A DNA stretch of 64,000 nucleotides. Source: Malacoraja senta. Its lineage: Eukaryota. Position 1 is the first letter of the stretch. Each line of letters opens with the position of its first letter. The notes beneath the pieces were generated by a model, which saw only the letters and a list, made by a program, of their open reading frames with translations, searched no databases and had not been told where the DNA came from. Shown one piece after another: positions 48,715-62,803 of this stretch. Made by a program: the position numbers and the translations under genes. The stretch spans positions 14,076,001-14,140,000 of the forward strand of contig CM075988.1 in NCBI GenBank assembly GCA_038087875.1, in the 5' to 3' direction.

Positions 48715-51565
48715 TACATAGAAACATAGAAAAATAGCAGGAGTAGGCCATTCAGCCCTTCGAGCCAGCAGCGACATTCAATATTATCATGGCTGGTCAT
48801 CTAAAATCAGTACCCTGTTCCTGCTTTTCCCCCATATCCCTTTATTCCTTTAGCCCTAAGAGCTGAACCTTTCTTGAAAACATCCAATGAATTGGCCTCC
48901 ACTGCCTTCTGTGGCAGAGAATTCCATAGATTCCCAACTCTCTGGGTGAAGAAGTTTTTCCTCATCTCAGTCCTAAATGGCCTACCCCTTATTCTTAAAC
49001 TGTGACCTCTGGTTCTGGACTCCCCCAACATCGGGAACATTATTCCTGCCTGTCCAATCATTTAAGAATGTTATATGTTTCTATAAGATCCTCTCTCATC
49101 CTTCTAAATTCCAATGAATACAAGCCCAGTCGAGCCATTCTTTCATCATGTGTCAGTCCCGCCATCCTGGGAATTAACCTGGTAAACCTACACAGCACTC
49201 CCTTAATAGCAATAATATCCTTCCTCAAATTAGGAGACCAAAATTGCACACAACACTCAAGGTGTGGTCTCACCAGGGCCCTGTAAAACGGCGGTAGGAC
49301 CTCCTTGCTCCTAAACTCAAATCCTCTCGCAATGAAGGCCACATGCCATTAGCTTTCTTCAAAGCCCGCTGTACCTGCATGCTTACTTTCAGTGACTGGT
49401 GTACAAGCACACGCAGGTCTCGTTGCACCTCCCCTTTTCCTAATCTGACACCATTCAGATAATAATCTGTCTTCCTGTTCTTGCCACCAAAGTGGATAAC
49501 CTCACATTTATTCACATTATACTGCATCTACCTTGCATCTGCCCACTCACCCAACCTATCTAAGTCACCCTGCAGCCTCATAGCATCCTCATCACAGCTC
49601 ACACTGCCATCCAGCTTTGTGTCATCCGCAAACTTGGAGATGTCACATTTAATTCCCTCGTCTAAATCATTAATGTATATTGTAAATAATTGGGGTCCCA
49701 GCACTAAGCCTTGCGGCACCCCACACGTCACTGCCTGACATTCTGAAAAGGACCCATTAATTCCTACTCTTTGCTTCCGGTCTGCCAACCAGTTCTCTAT
49801 TCATGCCAATACCCTACCCCCAATACCATGTGCTCTGATTTGGCACACTAATCTCTTGTGTGGGACCATGTCAAAGGCTTTTTGAAAGTCCAAATACACC
49901 ACATCCACTGACTCTCCCTTATTCATTCTACTTGTTACATCCTCAAAAAATTCCAGATTATTCAAGCATGATTTTCTCTTCGTAAATCCATTCTGACTTT
50001 GACCGATCTTGTCACTGCTTTCCAAATGTGCTGCTATAACATCTTTAACAATCGACTCAAGCATCTTCCCCACTGCCGATGTAAGGCTAACTGGTCTATA
50101 ATTAATTCCCTGTTTTCTCTCTCTCTCTCCTTTCTTAAAAAGTGGGGTTACATTGGCTACACCCCAGTTCACAGGAACTGATCCAGAGTCAAGAGAACAT
50201 TTGGAAAATGATCACCAATGCATCCACTATTTCTAGGGCCACCTCCTTGAGTACTCTGGGATGCAGACCATCAGGCCCTGGGGATTTTTCTGCCTTCAGT
50301 CCCACCAGTTTACCTAACACCATTTCCTGACTAATGTGGAGTCCCTTCAGTTCCTCCCTCCCACTAGATCCTCGGTCCCCTAGTATTTCTGGGAGAATGT
50401 TTGTGTCATCCTTAGTGAAGACAGAACCAAAGTACTCATTTAACTGTTCTGCCATTTCCTTGTTTCCCATTATCAGTTCACCTGTCTCTAATTGTAAGGG
50501 ACTTACATTTGCTTTCACTAATCTTTTCCTTTTTACTTATCTAAAGAAGGTTTTAGAGTCAGTTTTTATATTCCCCGCAAGCTTTCTTTCATGCTCTTCC
50601 CCCCCTCCCCCTTAATTAACCCCTTTGTCCTCCTCTGTTGAGTTCTAAAGTCCTCCGTTTTGCTGCTTCCTCTGGCCAATTTATATGCCTTTTCCTTGGA
50701 TTTAACACTATCCTTGATTTCCCTCGTTAGCCATGGTTGAGCCGCCTTCCCCGTTTTATTTTTTCGCCAGACAGGGAGGGACAAATTTTGGAGTTCATCC
50801 ATGCGGTTTTTAAATCTTTGCCATTGCATCTCCACCGTCAACCCTTTAAGTATAATTTGCCAGTCTATCCTAGCCTTCCCGTCTCATACCACCATTTCTA
50901 TTCTATAAGTTCAGGACCCTAGTCTCTGAATTAACCGTGTCACTCTCCATCCTAATGCCGAATTCCACCATATATTATGGTCACTGTTGCCCACGGGGCT
51001 TTGCACAACAAGATTGCTAACTAATCCTTCCTCGTTACACAATACCCAGTCTAGGATGGCCGGTCCTCCAGTCGGTTCTTCCACATATTGGTTTAAAAAA
51101 ACATCCTATATACATTCCAGGAAATCCTCCTCCTCAGCGCTGCTACCAATTTGGTTGGCCCAATCTATATGTAGGTTAAAGTCACCCATTATAACTGCTG
51201 TACCTTTGCTACACACATCCTTAATTTCCTGCTTGATGCTATCCGTGACCTCCCTGCTTCTGTTTGGTTGTCTGTATACAACTCCAACAAGTGTTTTCTG
51301 CCCTTGGCTATTTCGCAGATCTACCCATACCAATTCTACAGCATCCAAGCTAATATCTTTCCTTGCTATTGCATTAATCTCCTCTTTAACCAGCAATGCC
51401 ACCCCACCTCCTCTTCCTTTCTGCCTGTCCTTCCTGAATATCAGTCTTGGTCACCCTGGAGTCATGTCTCCGTAATTCCAACCATATCATATTCCTTAAC
51501 AATTAACTGCACATTCAATTCATCCACCTTATTACGAATGTTCAGCGCATTAAAGCACAAAGCTT
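48715..51565 (-). mobile_element. CR1 LINE, near-complete ORF2 (APE endonuclease + reverse transcriptase), disrupted by frameshifts and stops
   Basis: Consecutive minus ORFs: GGVALLVK..LVGVVYR..IMGDFN (APE); KSPGPDGLHPRVLKE; NYRPVSLTS; VYLDFQKAFD; GVPQGLVLGPQLF; KFADDTKL; CR1 C-terminus and (TTTCTATG)n tail. Confidence 0.95.
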
Positions 51566-52344
51566 TCAGGTTAGTTTTTCTTATCTCCCTTCTACCTTTT
51601 GCTTCTGTCCTCCTTTTATGTCCCTCTGTCACCTTGCATTGGTTCCCATCTTACTGCCTTGTTAGTTTAAACATGACCTTTCCTACACTCTCTTTCTCGT
51701 TTTATCAATTATTTATCTTGGGAGAAGTACCCTCTTCCTAGAAAGATGCTTCATCCTGCACATTTACACATGCAAAATATGCAAGAATAATGATCAAATG
51801 GATACTCTTGAAAACAAATTAAAAATGTTTACTAAAAATGTAATCACGGAAATCAACTTGCAAGTTTTTTCTGCAATTAATTTGAAGGCAGCAGCAGTGT
51901 CTGCACCAAAACTAAGAATGTACAACAACGGCTAATGATTTGTTTGGCTTAGCTAATGATTTCACTGCCGAGATCAATACTGAAATTGTAGAATCATCAT
52001 TGCTATGAGGAAAACATCGATGGAGGTTATTATTTAAAAAGAGACATAATATTGAACAAATCCTCTAGAAACATGAATCACACTTGAGAGTAGCAAATGT
52101 TACATCTCTTTCAAAAATGGGAGAAGCGGTAAAGCCAAAAAAAAATTTCAATTGCCAATTAGTTCCTAGTCTGCAATGAACTTAGTAAGTAATATGTCTA
52201 GAGATGCAAATGGACTTTCAATGGACATTTATTCTGTTGAGCTGAGTTGTGGTATTTTGGAAAAGTGGAACACTTTTCCTTTCTGATTACAGATATAATG
52301 CCAATTAGTTCTGAATAATAAGCAGCATGATGCCAATATCTGTC

Positions 52345-52818
52345 CTCTAGATGTCAGCTGATCTACATTGGTGAGACCAAGCGTAGGCTTGGCGATTGTT
52401 TTGCCAAACACCTCCGCTCGGTCCGCATTAACCAACCTGATCTCCCGGTGGCTCAGCACTTCAACTCCCCCTCCCATTCCGAATCCGACCTTTCTGTCCT
52501 GGGCCTCCTCCATGGCCAGAGTGAGCACCACCAGAAATTGGAGGAGCAGCACCTCATAATCCGCTTGGGCAGTCTGCACCCTAGCGGCATAAACATTGAC
52601 TTCTCCAATTTCCGGTAGCCCTTGCTGTCTCCTCCCCTTCTCAGCTCTCCCTCAGCCCTCGGGCTCCTCCTCTTCCTTTCTCCTTTCCTCTCCCCGCCCC
52701 CCCCCCCCCCACCCTACATCAGTCTGAAGAAGGGTTTCGGCCCGAAACATTGCCTATTTCCTTCGCTCCATAGATGCTGCTGCACCCGCTGAGTTTCTCC
52801 AGCACTTTTGTCTACCTC
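52345..52818 (+). mobile_element. Penelope-like element 3' fragment (GIY-YIG C-terminus plus terminal repeat)
   Basis: LIYIGETKRRLGD..., HFN motif, pyrimidine tract, then cagtctgaagaagggtttcggcccgaaac terminal repeat; flanked by a tctgtcct direct repeat. Confidence 0.88.
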
Positions 52819-53520
52819 TGTCCTTTGGAAACTGGATTAAGATTGCACAAAACAATTTTTCTCAGAAAGGCATCCGAATGTAAGAATTTTTTCACAAAAC
52901 AAAGTTCACAAATTATTTCAAAATTAGATACTTTCTCCGAAAAAAGTGGCACAGAACGAGAAATAACCAGGAACATAAGGGAGCAGCGGGGGAGGAAGAT
53001 TGGTCCTTAAAGTCTGCCCTTTTATTCATCGTTTATAGCTGACCTTCCACCTCAGCACCATTTTCCTGCATTTGATATTGGATAAATGCTGGAAATACTC
53101 AGCAGGTCAGTCTGCAACTGTGGTAAGAGAAACAGAGTCAACATCTGAGGTTCGAGTATTCCTAGCATTTACTGTGCTTGCTTTACATTTCCAGTATTTA
53201 CACTATTTTTAATTTTCACCACTCGGTCCAATTATCAGGCAACTGAATCATCCTACCACAACTAGAGAGCAGTCCTGAACTACTCATTGGACACCCTCGG
53301 ACTATCTTTAATTGGACTTTACGGCTTTATCTTGAACTGAACATCATTCCATTATCATGTTTTGCACACTGTGAATGGCTTGATTGTAATCTTGTATTGT
53401 CTTTCCACTTACTGGTTAGCACGCAACAAAAGCTTTGCACTGTACCTCAGTATAGGTGACAATAAACTAAACTATATAAAAAAACTATAAAGCAAAATGT
53501 ATTCTTGTTAAAGAGCACTT

Positions 53521-54112
53521 AGAACGATCCTTCATTCTGGAAGACGGGAACAAATTGAGCTCATCTCAAAAGTCAATTTTTAATTATGGTTTAATAATAG
53601 CAAAAAAATGAATATTGAAATTTTGGAAAAATACACCAATACCAACGCTCAAAATGTGGATTGCAAGTATGTTGGATACCGCACATCTTGAGGAAATTCG
53701 ATTCCTCCTAATAGATAAATTTGACCAATTCATAACGAGTTGGTCTCCATTTGTCGTCTTTTTGGAAACGTATGGTGCAAAACAGGTGTAAAAGCTAATC
53801 TGTGACTGCGGATGGTCAAGATTATAAATGATCTCCTTCTATTTTTTCTTCTTTTCTTTTCTTTTATTCTCTTTCTTCTATTTTCTATGTCTCAACTTTC
53901 TTATTTCATTCTTTATTTTTATTTTTCACACACTATATATCTCACATTTTTCTATTTTTCATTATCTAACTTTTTTCTTTTTCTTCTTTATTTCAAATTT
54001 TTTTTAAAATAAGAAGCTGTACATAAAAGGTATTATGAAAATATGATTGTATACAATTGTACTTACTTCTAATAAAATAAAATGAAAAAAAAAAAGAACG
54101 ATCCTTCATTCT
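53521..54112 (+). mobile_element. 5'-truncated L1-clade LINE with poly(A) tail and 18-bp TSD
   Basis: TSD agaacgatccttcattct at 53521-53538 and 54095-54112; ORF2-like C-terminus ILKFWKNTPIPTLKMWIASMLDTAHLEEIRF...SWSPF; T-rich UTR, aataaa, A tail. Confidence 0.88.
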
Positions 54113-54229
54113 AGATTTCTTCATTTTCCATAAACTAACGGACCAATAGCTCCTCACTCAGTCCTTTCCTAAATTGAAGAGTTACTTAATTTAAGTTACT
54201 TAATTTAATTTAAAGAGCTTTTTAAAAAA

Positions 54230-54363
54230 AAATTCTATGAATGTACAGAAACTTTATTATTTCTTTTATTATTTATTTTATGTAAAGCACTTTGGATTCA
54301 ACGTGAGTTGATTTAAAAATGCTATATAAATAAAATTTACTTACTTACTACTTACTTACTTAT
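54230..54363 (+). mobile_element. L2-like 3' end with (TTAC)n tail
   Basis: tgtaaagcactttg...tgctatataaataaa followed by (TTAC)n. Confidence 0.6.
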
Positions 54364-56251
54364 GCAACTCTCCAATCCAGAGGGAGAATTCCAGAATCTA
54401 TGGAATTTGAGAAGGTTCCATAGATTGTAACTATGGATAGATTGTTTACTATCTCCATCACCTCCTCTTTCAAAATGCTGGCATGTAAAATAGTGGGTCC
54501 TTGGGATTTATCATCTTTTCAGTATCTTGCTTCTCTTGTACTTTTGACATATTTTGTCTTCGTTTGTCAAAACAGGCAGAAAGCAAATGCAAATATTCCC
54601 TGCCAATTTCTTAATACCTATTGTAAATTCTTCATTTATGTCTGTAAAGGACCCATATTTGCCTTTTCCTATTTAAATGCCTACAGAAGATTACAGTTTA
54701 TTTTTATGCTCCAGGCCAGTTTAATTTCATGTTCAATCTTGTCCTTCTTCATCAATTTCTTCGTCCTCCTTTGCTAAGTGTGTGATTAAAAAGAAAGCTC
54801 TTCTGGTGAATTGCAACGGCATGAGCCGAGAAACCAAATGACCTACTTTTTTGTCATGGTGTTCTGGGATTTAGTAAAATGACGCATGTGTTAAGTCCAA
54901 GTTTATATCGGAAGCATTTCAGCCCTGATATAGAAGAGATACGAGACAGATGGAGCAATTCAACACACTTCGTCATTCCTGAAATTGGCCACCACCTACT
55001 ACTGAACTGGGAAGAAAACTTCTAAAAGGTGCAATACGATACTTTGTTGGCTTACTGACAAAAGTTATGTATTTCATGAACAAAATTCTCCTATCCAGCC
55101 TTCATTTCATCCCAACTGTAGTGTTACTCCATTCTAGTACATAATTCATTACATTTTCTCAATAAAATTTCATTATAGCACATTATTTCAGTGGAGTCAA
55201 CTAATATTTAATTAATGACAACATTTTTTATAAATCAAAACTTTACCTGAGTAATTTTTACATCCTCTTAATTCTATTTTAAGTCATTTGTGAAAATAAA
55301 TAGGTCGTGTTTTACAGATATTCTGCAGAAGAAATTTGCATACAATTTAAAATCTGTGCTGATCATTCTTGCCTAGAAATTGTATCACATCGTATCCATT
55401 TAAAAAAAACTACTGTACATAATTCATTTTTCCTCAGTGTAGATCAGGCTGCCTAATATTTCTGGGTGAAATTTTGTTAATATGAAAATGAAGTGAAACT
55501 TTGATGTGTAATTAAACAGCAGTATTTCATAGAAACAAGGAACTGCAGATGCTGGTTTAGAAAAAAAGACGCAAAGTGCTGGAGTAGCTCAACGGGCTAG
55601 GCAGGATCTCTGGAGAACATGCATGGGTGACATTTAGGATTGGGACCCTTCTTCAGACTGATTGTGGGGCAAGGTGGCTGGGGGGTGGGGAGGGGGGAGA
55701 AAGATGGAAGGGGGGGGGAGGACAAAGCCCAGCAGGAGCTTTACATCAGTGTCTTTTTTTTAGCAGTATTTAGCATGTCTACATACATGTATATGATTCA
55801 GTTTAGTTTAATATGATATTCATATTTCCTCTTTCAAAATGCCCAGTACATGCTGTGTCAAGGCATAAATAAGCAGACTTGCTTGAGAAACTCACCACTG
55901 CTGTTTCCTCTCCCAATCTGAGCCATAATGAAGAGGTCAACTGGGTCCCATCTGAAACCCAGTCAGGATGCAGTTCAAAGAGACAAATCCCTCCAGCCTC
56001 CACCCTCCACCCTCCACCCTGCTAACGCTGTTTCATGCTGGGTCCAGTTCAATTTACGATTTATTTAGAGGGGGGAGGGCGGGTGAACTGACTTGGCATA
56101 GTGCTATATGTTTTAGCAAAACAAAAATAGGTGAAATACAATTTTAAGAACTGTATTTAATAGCAGGAAGTAAAATTAATAATTTGCGGAAGGTATTTTG
56201 GTGGTAGATCTTAACTACATGATTAATTTTAAGGAGGATAATAACAGTTGG

Positions 56252-56997
56252 ACTGATGTAGCACAACAGGGGGCCCGTACGATGGCTGCCTCGCCAACGG
56301 TCTGTCTCGTCTTTTTCCTTCGTTGTGTTTTTAGTTTGTTGTAAAATCTATGGTTTGGTTTATCTTTAGTTTTGTGTAATGTGGGGGATTTTGGGGGTCG
56401 TGGGAGAATCTTTTTTTTATCTCTCCTCGACGGAAATGCAACCTTATCCATGTGGTATCTCCGTCTGCACTGCGGCCTAACAATGTGGAGCTGGCGGCCT
56501 CTTGCAGGCACTTCGGGAGCCTGCGGACTTAACATCGTGAGCTGGCGATCCCTTTGCCAGGGATCGATCTCGGAGCTCCAACCGTGGGAGCCTGTGGACT
56601 TTAACACCATGGAGCTCGCGGTCCCTGGTTAGAGTCCGACTTCGGGAGCTCCAAGCCGCGGAAGCTTCAACCGCCCCGATCGCGGGAGCTTCGATCGCCC
56701 TGGTGCGGGAGCTTCGATCGCCGGCTGGAGGAGCTTCAATCGCCCCAACTGCGGATGGTTCGACTCCCCCGACCGTGGTGAGAAAAGGATGAAAAAAGAT
56801 AAGACTTTATTGCCTTCCATCACAGTGAGGAATGGGGAGGAGCCGCTGTGGTGGATGTTTATGTCAATTTTTAATGTAGTTGTGTGTCTTGTTGCCTTTT
56901 TGGCATGACTGTATGGTAAACCAAATTATTCGTATATTGCAAAACATATTTGGCTAATAAATTACGATTATGGTTATGATTATGATTATGATGATTA
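56252..56997 (+). mobile_element. GC-rich non-autonomous retroelement with internal subrepeats of about 23 bp and (ATTATG)n tail
   Basis: gggagcttcgatcgcc-type subrepeats at 56643-56770; 3' part shared with 27322-27790; aataaa plus microsatellite tail; no RT coding. Confidence 0.72.
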
Positions 56998-58639
56998 TAA
57001 TGGCAGGCCTCATCCATTTACCCAGATGATACAGATGCTGTTTAAAACCACTGTCCTTACAGTGACACCAATTTCATCGTGCAGCTGTGAATCAGGAATT
57101 ATTTAAACATTAAAGTTTTTTTATTAATATTAATGAGTGCACAATGCAAAATACTTTACTGCACTGACACAGTAGGACTGCCTGAAGCTTCCCTCCAATC
57201 TTTATGTTACTTCTGCCCTGCAGGGTATCACTTAACACATCACAAGCACGGTAGTATAAAGCACACTGACAAGAACTATGGCAGGTGCCCAAGACAGTGT
57301 CATGGGATCATGTTCGATTTCAAACAAAGGCAGTTGCAAATCTCTTTGGACAAGTTTAGTGCTCTGCTGACTGCCTCTTTCAGATGTGGAAGAAGCTGGT
57401 TGCAGAGTAAAGCATCCCTTAATCTGCCTTCAGGAATCTGCTCTGTCAGAATAGCAGAAACCACCAGAGACCACAAGATTTGTCACCAGTCTGCAGTAAA
57501 TACCCCCGGGGCCAATAATCAACCCGGCAAATGGAGGCAATTAACCAGCCATCTCACCAATGTCAATGTTCTAGCTAATGGCACTTTTACAGGGCTTTTC
57601 TCTCGGGCATTGGGAGAACATGTCTATTTCAGGACATTTTTTTATTGCATATTAATGCCCTATGATATATATAGGACACTTAATGCAGTTTGCAGGGACA
57701 GATGAGAGAGTGTGTGAACTTTGGTTGACATCCTCACATAGTATCCTAGAGTCAGATAGCACAGAAACAGGCCCATCAGCCCATCACATCCATGCTGATC
57801 ACCCACACCAATCAAAACTAATCATAAGTTGTTGGAACTCTGATGTTCCAAAACATCCTTAGTTTGTGTGTCATAGATTTATGGGGCAAGTACACTTCAC
57901 CTTGATCTACAATTACATCCTAGCATGCTGTTGTTCGGTGCTCTCCCCATCCCTAGGAGAAATATCCAGAGTCTGAGCACATGTGGGCCACATGAGTATC
58001 TCCATTTACAGAGCGATGTTTGTTAAACCAATCAAGTGAAGCCAGTTTGGCAACATCACAGTGACCGATCAATAAGTGAAAAAAGCACCTCTTGATGCAA
58101 TTGTGAGATTAGTGACATCAATGAAACAGCTCCAGTGAGGTAGAGTTACACGATAAAGTTGTGTCCACCTGCTCCTGCACACATATTGCTCACATCAATT
58201 TATAAAACACATCTAACTGAAAGGAAAGCCTAGACATTCATCCCGAGTCAGCATCACTGAATATGCTTATAGTGGCCAAAGTTATATTTTGCATCTAAAA
58301 TTTATTTCATTACTGCTATTTCACTGAGTTTTTAGCACACAATTCTACACAGGTCCACATCTGCACTGCATTTGGACTCCAGTACAAGTTAGCTGCAAGT
58401 TCTGAAACGAGGTCTAACTTTTAACATGAAATTTGAACACGAGTCATTACCATTAGCAGCACAAAAACTTTAATGATCTGTTTAGCAAAAAACTAGAAGA
58501 GATGAAGAAAAAGATTGTCATAATTCAACTGCTCACACTATCTGTAGTCTTATACGTCAACATTTCTAAACCAACCTTAATCTATTATCTCAGAAGACAA
58601 TAGTCTGGTGCGCTAAAATATAATCAATCATAGAAAACC

Positions 58640-60260
58640 ATCAATAGAGTCATAGAGTCATACATTGTGGAAACAGGGCCTTCGGCCCGACTTGCCCACA
58701 CCAACCACCATGTTCCAGGTACACTAGTTCCACCTGCCCGCATTTGGTCCATTTCCCTCCACATCTGTCCTATTCCATGTTCCTGTCAAACTGTTTCTTA
58801 AATGTTGTGATAGTCCCTGCCTCAACTACCTTCTCTGGCAACTTGTTCCATAAACCCACAACACTTTGTGTGACAAGGTTACCCCTGAGATTTCTATTAA
58901 ATCTTATCCCCTTCATCTTAAATCTATGTCCTCTGGTCCTCAATTGACCTGCTCAGGGCAAGACTCTGCCTGTTTGACCACCCTATCTACCTGCACCTTC
59001 AAGGAACCATGCACCTCTGCTCTACAACACTCCCCAGAGCCCAACTGTTCACTGTGTAGGTCCTGCCCATGTTAGACTTCCCAAAATGCAAAACCTCACA
59101 TTTCTCGGTATTAAATTCTATCAACCAATCCTTAGCCCACCTGGCCAACCGATCAAGATCCTGCTGTAATTTTTCACAACCATCTTCACTATGCAAAATC
59201 ACCCACTTTTGTATCATCTGCGCTCTTTCTAATCTTGCCATGTATGTTCTCATCCAATTCAATGATTTAGATGACAAACAGTAATTGGCCCAGCACCGAA
59301 CCCTGAGGCACACTAGTCACAGGCCTGCAGTCCAAGAAGCAACCTTCCACCATCACCCTCTGCTTCCTTCCATGAAGCCAATTTTCTATCCATTCAGCTT
59401 TCTCTCCTTAGATCCCGTGCGATCTAACCTTCCAGAGCAGCCTACAATGCAGAGGCTCAATAGTCACCAACATGAGCTCTCTTTAAAATATTATTGGCAT
59501 AGGAATTTTCTGCTTCCTGGTTTGCTGTTTTGGGGAATTCTCATTGAGATTAGCTGCTCATCCTGCTGATTACTGTCGCTAGATACTAGAGACACCCTTG
59601 TAACTGTGAACAGAAATAAGGTAACAAAACATCAAAGAGTTTGCATTGAGAGGCCGCACAGTCAGGTGGATAGTAGAACCACTGTCTCACAAAGTCAGCC
59701 CTGAACTTGGGTGCTGTCTGTGTGTACTTTGCACGACCTCATGTTCATAAGACATAAGTGCAATATTAGGCCATTCGGCCCACCGAATCTGCTGCACCAT
59801 TCAATCATGGCTGATTTTTTTTGCCCTCTCAACCACTTTTTCCTGCCTTCTCCCCATAACCTTTGACGCCCTTCAATCTCTGCTCTAAACATACCCAATG
59901 ACTTGCCTCCACTGCCATCTGTGGAAATGAATTCCACAGATTCACCACACTCTGGCTAAAGAAATTCCTCCTCATCTCCACTGTAAAGGTATGTCCTTTT
60001 ATGCAGAGGCTGTGCCCTCTTGTCCTCAACTCTCTCACTATTGGAAACATCCTCTCCACATCCACTCTTTCTAGACCGTTCTTTATTTGGTAGGTTTCAA
60101 TGACGTTCCTCCTCATCCTTCTAAACTCCGGCAAGTATAGGCGAAGAGCCATCCAACGCTCCTCATATGTGAACCCGATCATTCCCAGGATCATTCTTGT
60201 AAACCTTGTCTGGAGCTTCTACAATTCCAGCACTTTCGTCCTCAGAAATGGGGTGAAAAC
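58640..60260 (-). mobile_element. CR1 fragments (58640-59450, 59745-60260) with a SINE remnant between them
   Basis: LQQDLDRLARWAKDWLIEFNTEKCEVLHFG; EFRRMRRNVIETY..RTRGHSL..FFSQSVVNLWNS; (CATAGAGT)n tail at 58645. Confidence 0.8.
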
Positions 60261-61715
60261 TGCCCTGTTGTGGATTTTGTCCAGTTGCTCTGGAATTTAT
60301 GTATAATTTATGTCTTGCAAGTTGTCTCAATCTATTTTCCAGTAATGCTGCTGCAAGCAAGATGTACATTGTACCTTTACCTCAGCAACTTATTCCATTT
60401 CTTAGAAAAATGGGCACTAATTATATGGACACACCTTGACCCTCAGATATGGAACTTAATAGGAGAGGCATTATCATGGTTAAAAAAAAAGAACCCCCAA
60501 TGGGTTTGTGATCAATAATTAATACATCTGTCAAGAATATGAACAAACAAAACAAATTAAAAATAAAATTAAATCATCAACCGATGTTTGGGAAGAATGT
60601 GTATGGTTGCTATAAAAACACAGTTTGCTGAAAACAGCAAATCAGGCAAGCTTTGTGAAAAGAGAAACAGAGTTCACATTTCAGGTCTTCTTTGATCTCA
60701 GCTTCCATCAGGAAACTCTTTGTTTTGTCTCTGCTTCCCCTTCCACACATCCTGCCACAGTGTCGCTGGCATTTTCTGCTTTATTTAAGATTTCCAGCCT
60801 ATCTAGTTTAAAAAAAAATTTCATTCACGAGGCAAACTTGCTGATGCCTGGTAAGTGGCCACCGACAGTCTACAACTTCTAGACTGAGGTCAGAGACATC
60901 AATGTTTATTTTCTCCATCTCACTTTCCCATTGAATTTTGTATCATCAGCAAGCCTGGATAAGTTACACACTATCAATTCAGCCGAACCATTAATCTGTC
61001 TTTGTACCAGACAATCAATGATATCTCCCTCTCAAGCTAGTGAGTGTAGACTGCCATTAACAGAAGCTGCTGTAATTCCTGATGGACATATTTATTCTTT
61101 AGCTGCAGGAGTAGTTAATTCATCCATTTACTGCTCTTTGTACAAAGAGTTGCTTTTGCACAGACTTTGAACAGCACCTCCCAAACCTGTGATCTCTATC
61201 ACCAAGAACATTAAGGGTAGTGGGTGCATGGGAGCATCACTCTCCCCCAGGCTACACACAAAACTGCCTTGCAAACACAGCACCAATGGATCCATCATCA
61301 ATGGGTCGAAATCCTCTATTTCCCTCCACTTCCTTACCATGGCAGCCAGAAGGACTGCAGCAATTCAAGAAGAAAGATTTGTTCCATTTTCTCAAGTGAA
61401 ATAAATGTTGGTCTTGCCTGTTTAAATTATTAAAACAAATGAATAAGAATGCTTCTGCAAAATTATAAGCCCATTCACGAAGAACACCTTTACAATATTA
61501 CTGCACAAAACACATAAATCTTTCTTTCGGCTCATGAAAAGAGGACATGATCTAAATTTATGAAAATGAGGTTCAAAAAATCATATTTTAATCCTCACAA
61601 AAATGTAACTGTCTGCAGGAGTGAGCACTGTTTAAAACAATTTAATATCATTTAGTACCATTTTTACTGTCACTTCTATTGATTGTACTGACAGACCAAT
61701 CTTAATTATGTTAAA

Positions 61716-62803
61716 GGTAGACAAAAATGCTGCAGAAACTCAGCGGGTGAGGCAGCATCTATGGAGCGAAGGAAATAGGCAACGTTTCGGGTCGAGACCC
61801 TTCTTCAGACTGATGTGAGGGTGGGGGGGGGGGGGCGAAGAAGAAAGGAAGAGGCAGAGACAGTGGGCTGAGGAAGAGCTGAGAAGTGGAGGAGAATGCA
61901 GGGACTACCTGAAATTAGAGAAGTCAATGTTCATACCCAAGCGAAATATGAAATGCTGCTCCTCCAATTTACGGTGGTCCTCACTCTGGATGGAGGAGGC
62001 CCAGGACAGAAAGGTCGGATTCGGAATGGGAGGGGGAGTCGAAATGCTGAGTCACCGGGTGATCAGGTTGGTTATTGCGAACCGAGCCAAGGTGTTGGGT
62101 GAAGCGATCGCCAAGCCTACACTTGGTCTCACCGATGTTGAGCAGCTGACACCTAGAGCAGCGGATGCAATAGATGAGGTTGGAGGAGGTACAGGTGAAC
62201 CTCTGCCGCACCTGGAAAGACTGCTTGGGTCCTTGAATGGAGTCAAGGGGGGAGGTAAAGCGACAAGTGTAGCATTTCCTGCAGTTGCAAGGGAAAGTGG
62301 CAGGAGAAGGGGTGGTTTGGGTGGGAAGGGACGAATTGACCAGGGAGTTATGGAGGGAGCGGTCTCTGTGGAAAGCAGACAGGGGAGGAGATGGGAAGAT
62401 GTGGCCAGTGGTGGGATCCCGTTGGAGGTGGCACAAATGTTGGAGGACTAATTGTTGTATGTGACGGCTGGAAGGGTGGAAGGTGAGGACAAGGGGGACT
62501 CTGCCCTTGTTACAAGTGGGGGATGGGGAGTGAGAGCAGAGTTACGGGGTATAGAAGAGACCCTGGTGAGAGCCGCATCTATAGTAGAAGAGGGGAACCT
62601 CCGTTCCCTGAAGAATGAGGACATCTCCGATGCCCTGGTGTGGAACACCTCATCCTGGGTGCAGATGCAGCGTAGACAGAGGAATTGGGAGTAGGGGATG
62701 GAGTCCTTACAGGAAACAGGGTGGGAAGAAGTGTAGTCCAGATAGCCATGGGAGTCAGTGGGTTTATAGTGGATGTCAGTCAGTAGTCTATCACCTGCGA
62801 TGG
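61716..62803 (-). mobile_element. 5'-truncated Penelope-like retroelement (RT C-terminus, GIY-YIG endonuclease, terminal repeat)
   Basis: Minus ORFs: FRERRFPSSTID; FPCNCRKCYTC...FTCTSSNLIYCIRCSRCQLLNIGETKCRLGDRFTQH...HF. TSD attatgttaaa at 61705-61715 and 62804-62814. Confidence 0.92.

Noticed and set aside
57133..57705. Longest ORF in the track (190 aa, + strand)
   Set aside because: No recognisable domain or splice context, antisense within an intron; a chance ORF or non-coding sequence is more likely, though not excluded without expression data.
61927..62451. 174-aa plus-strand ORF
   Set aside because: Antisense shadow of the Penelope GIY-YIG coding region on the minus strand.
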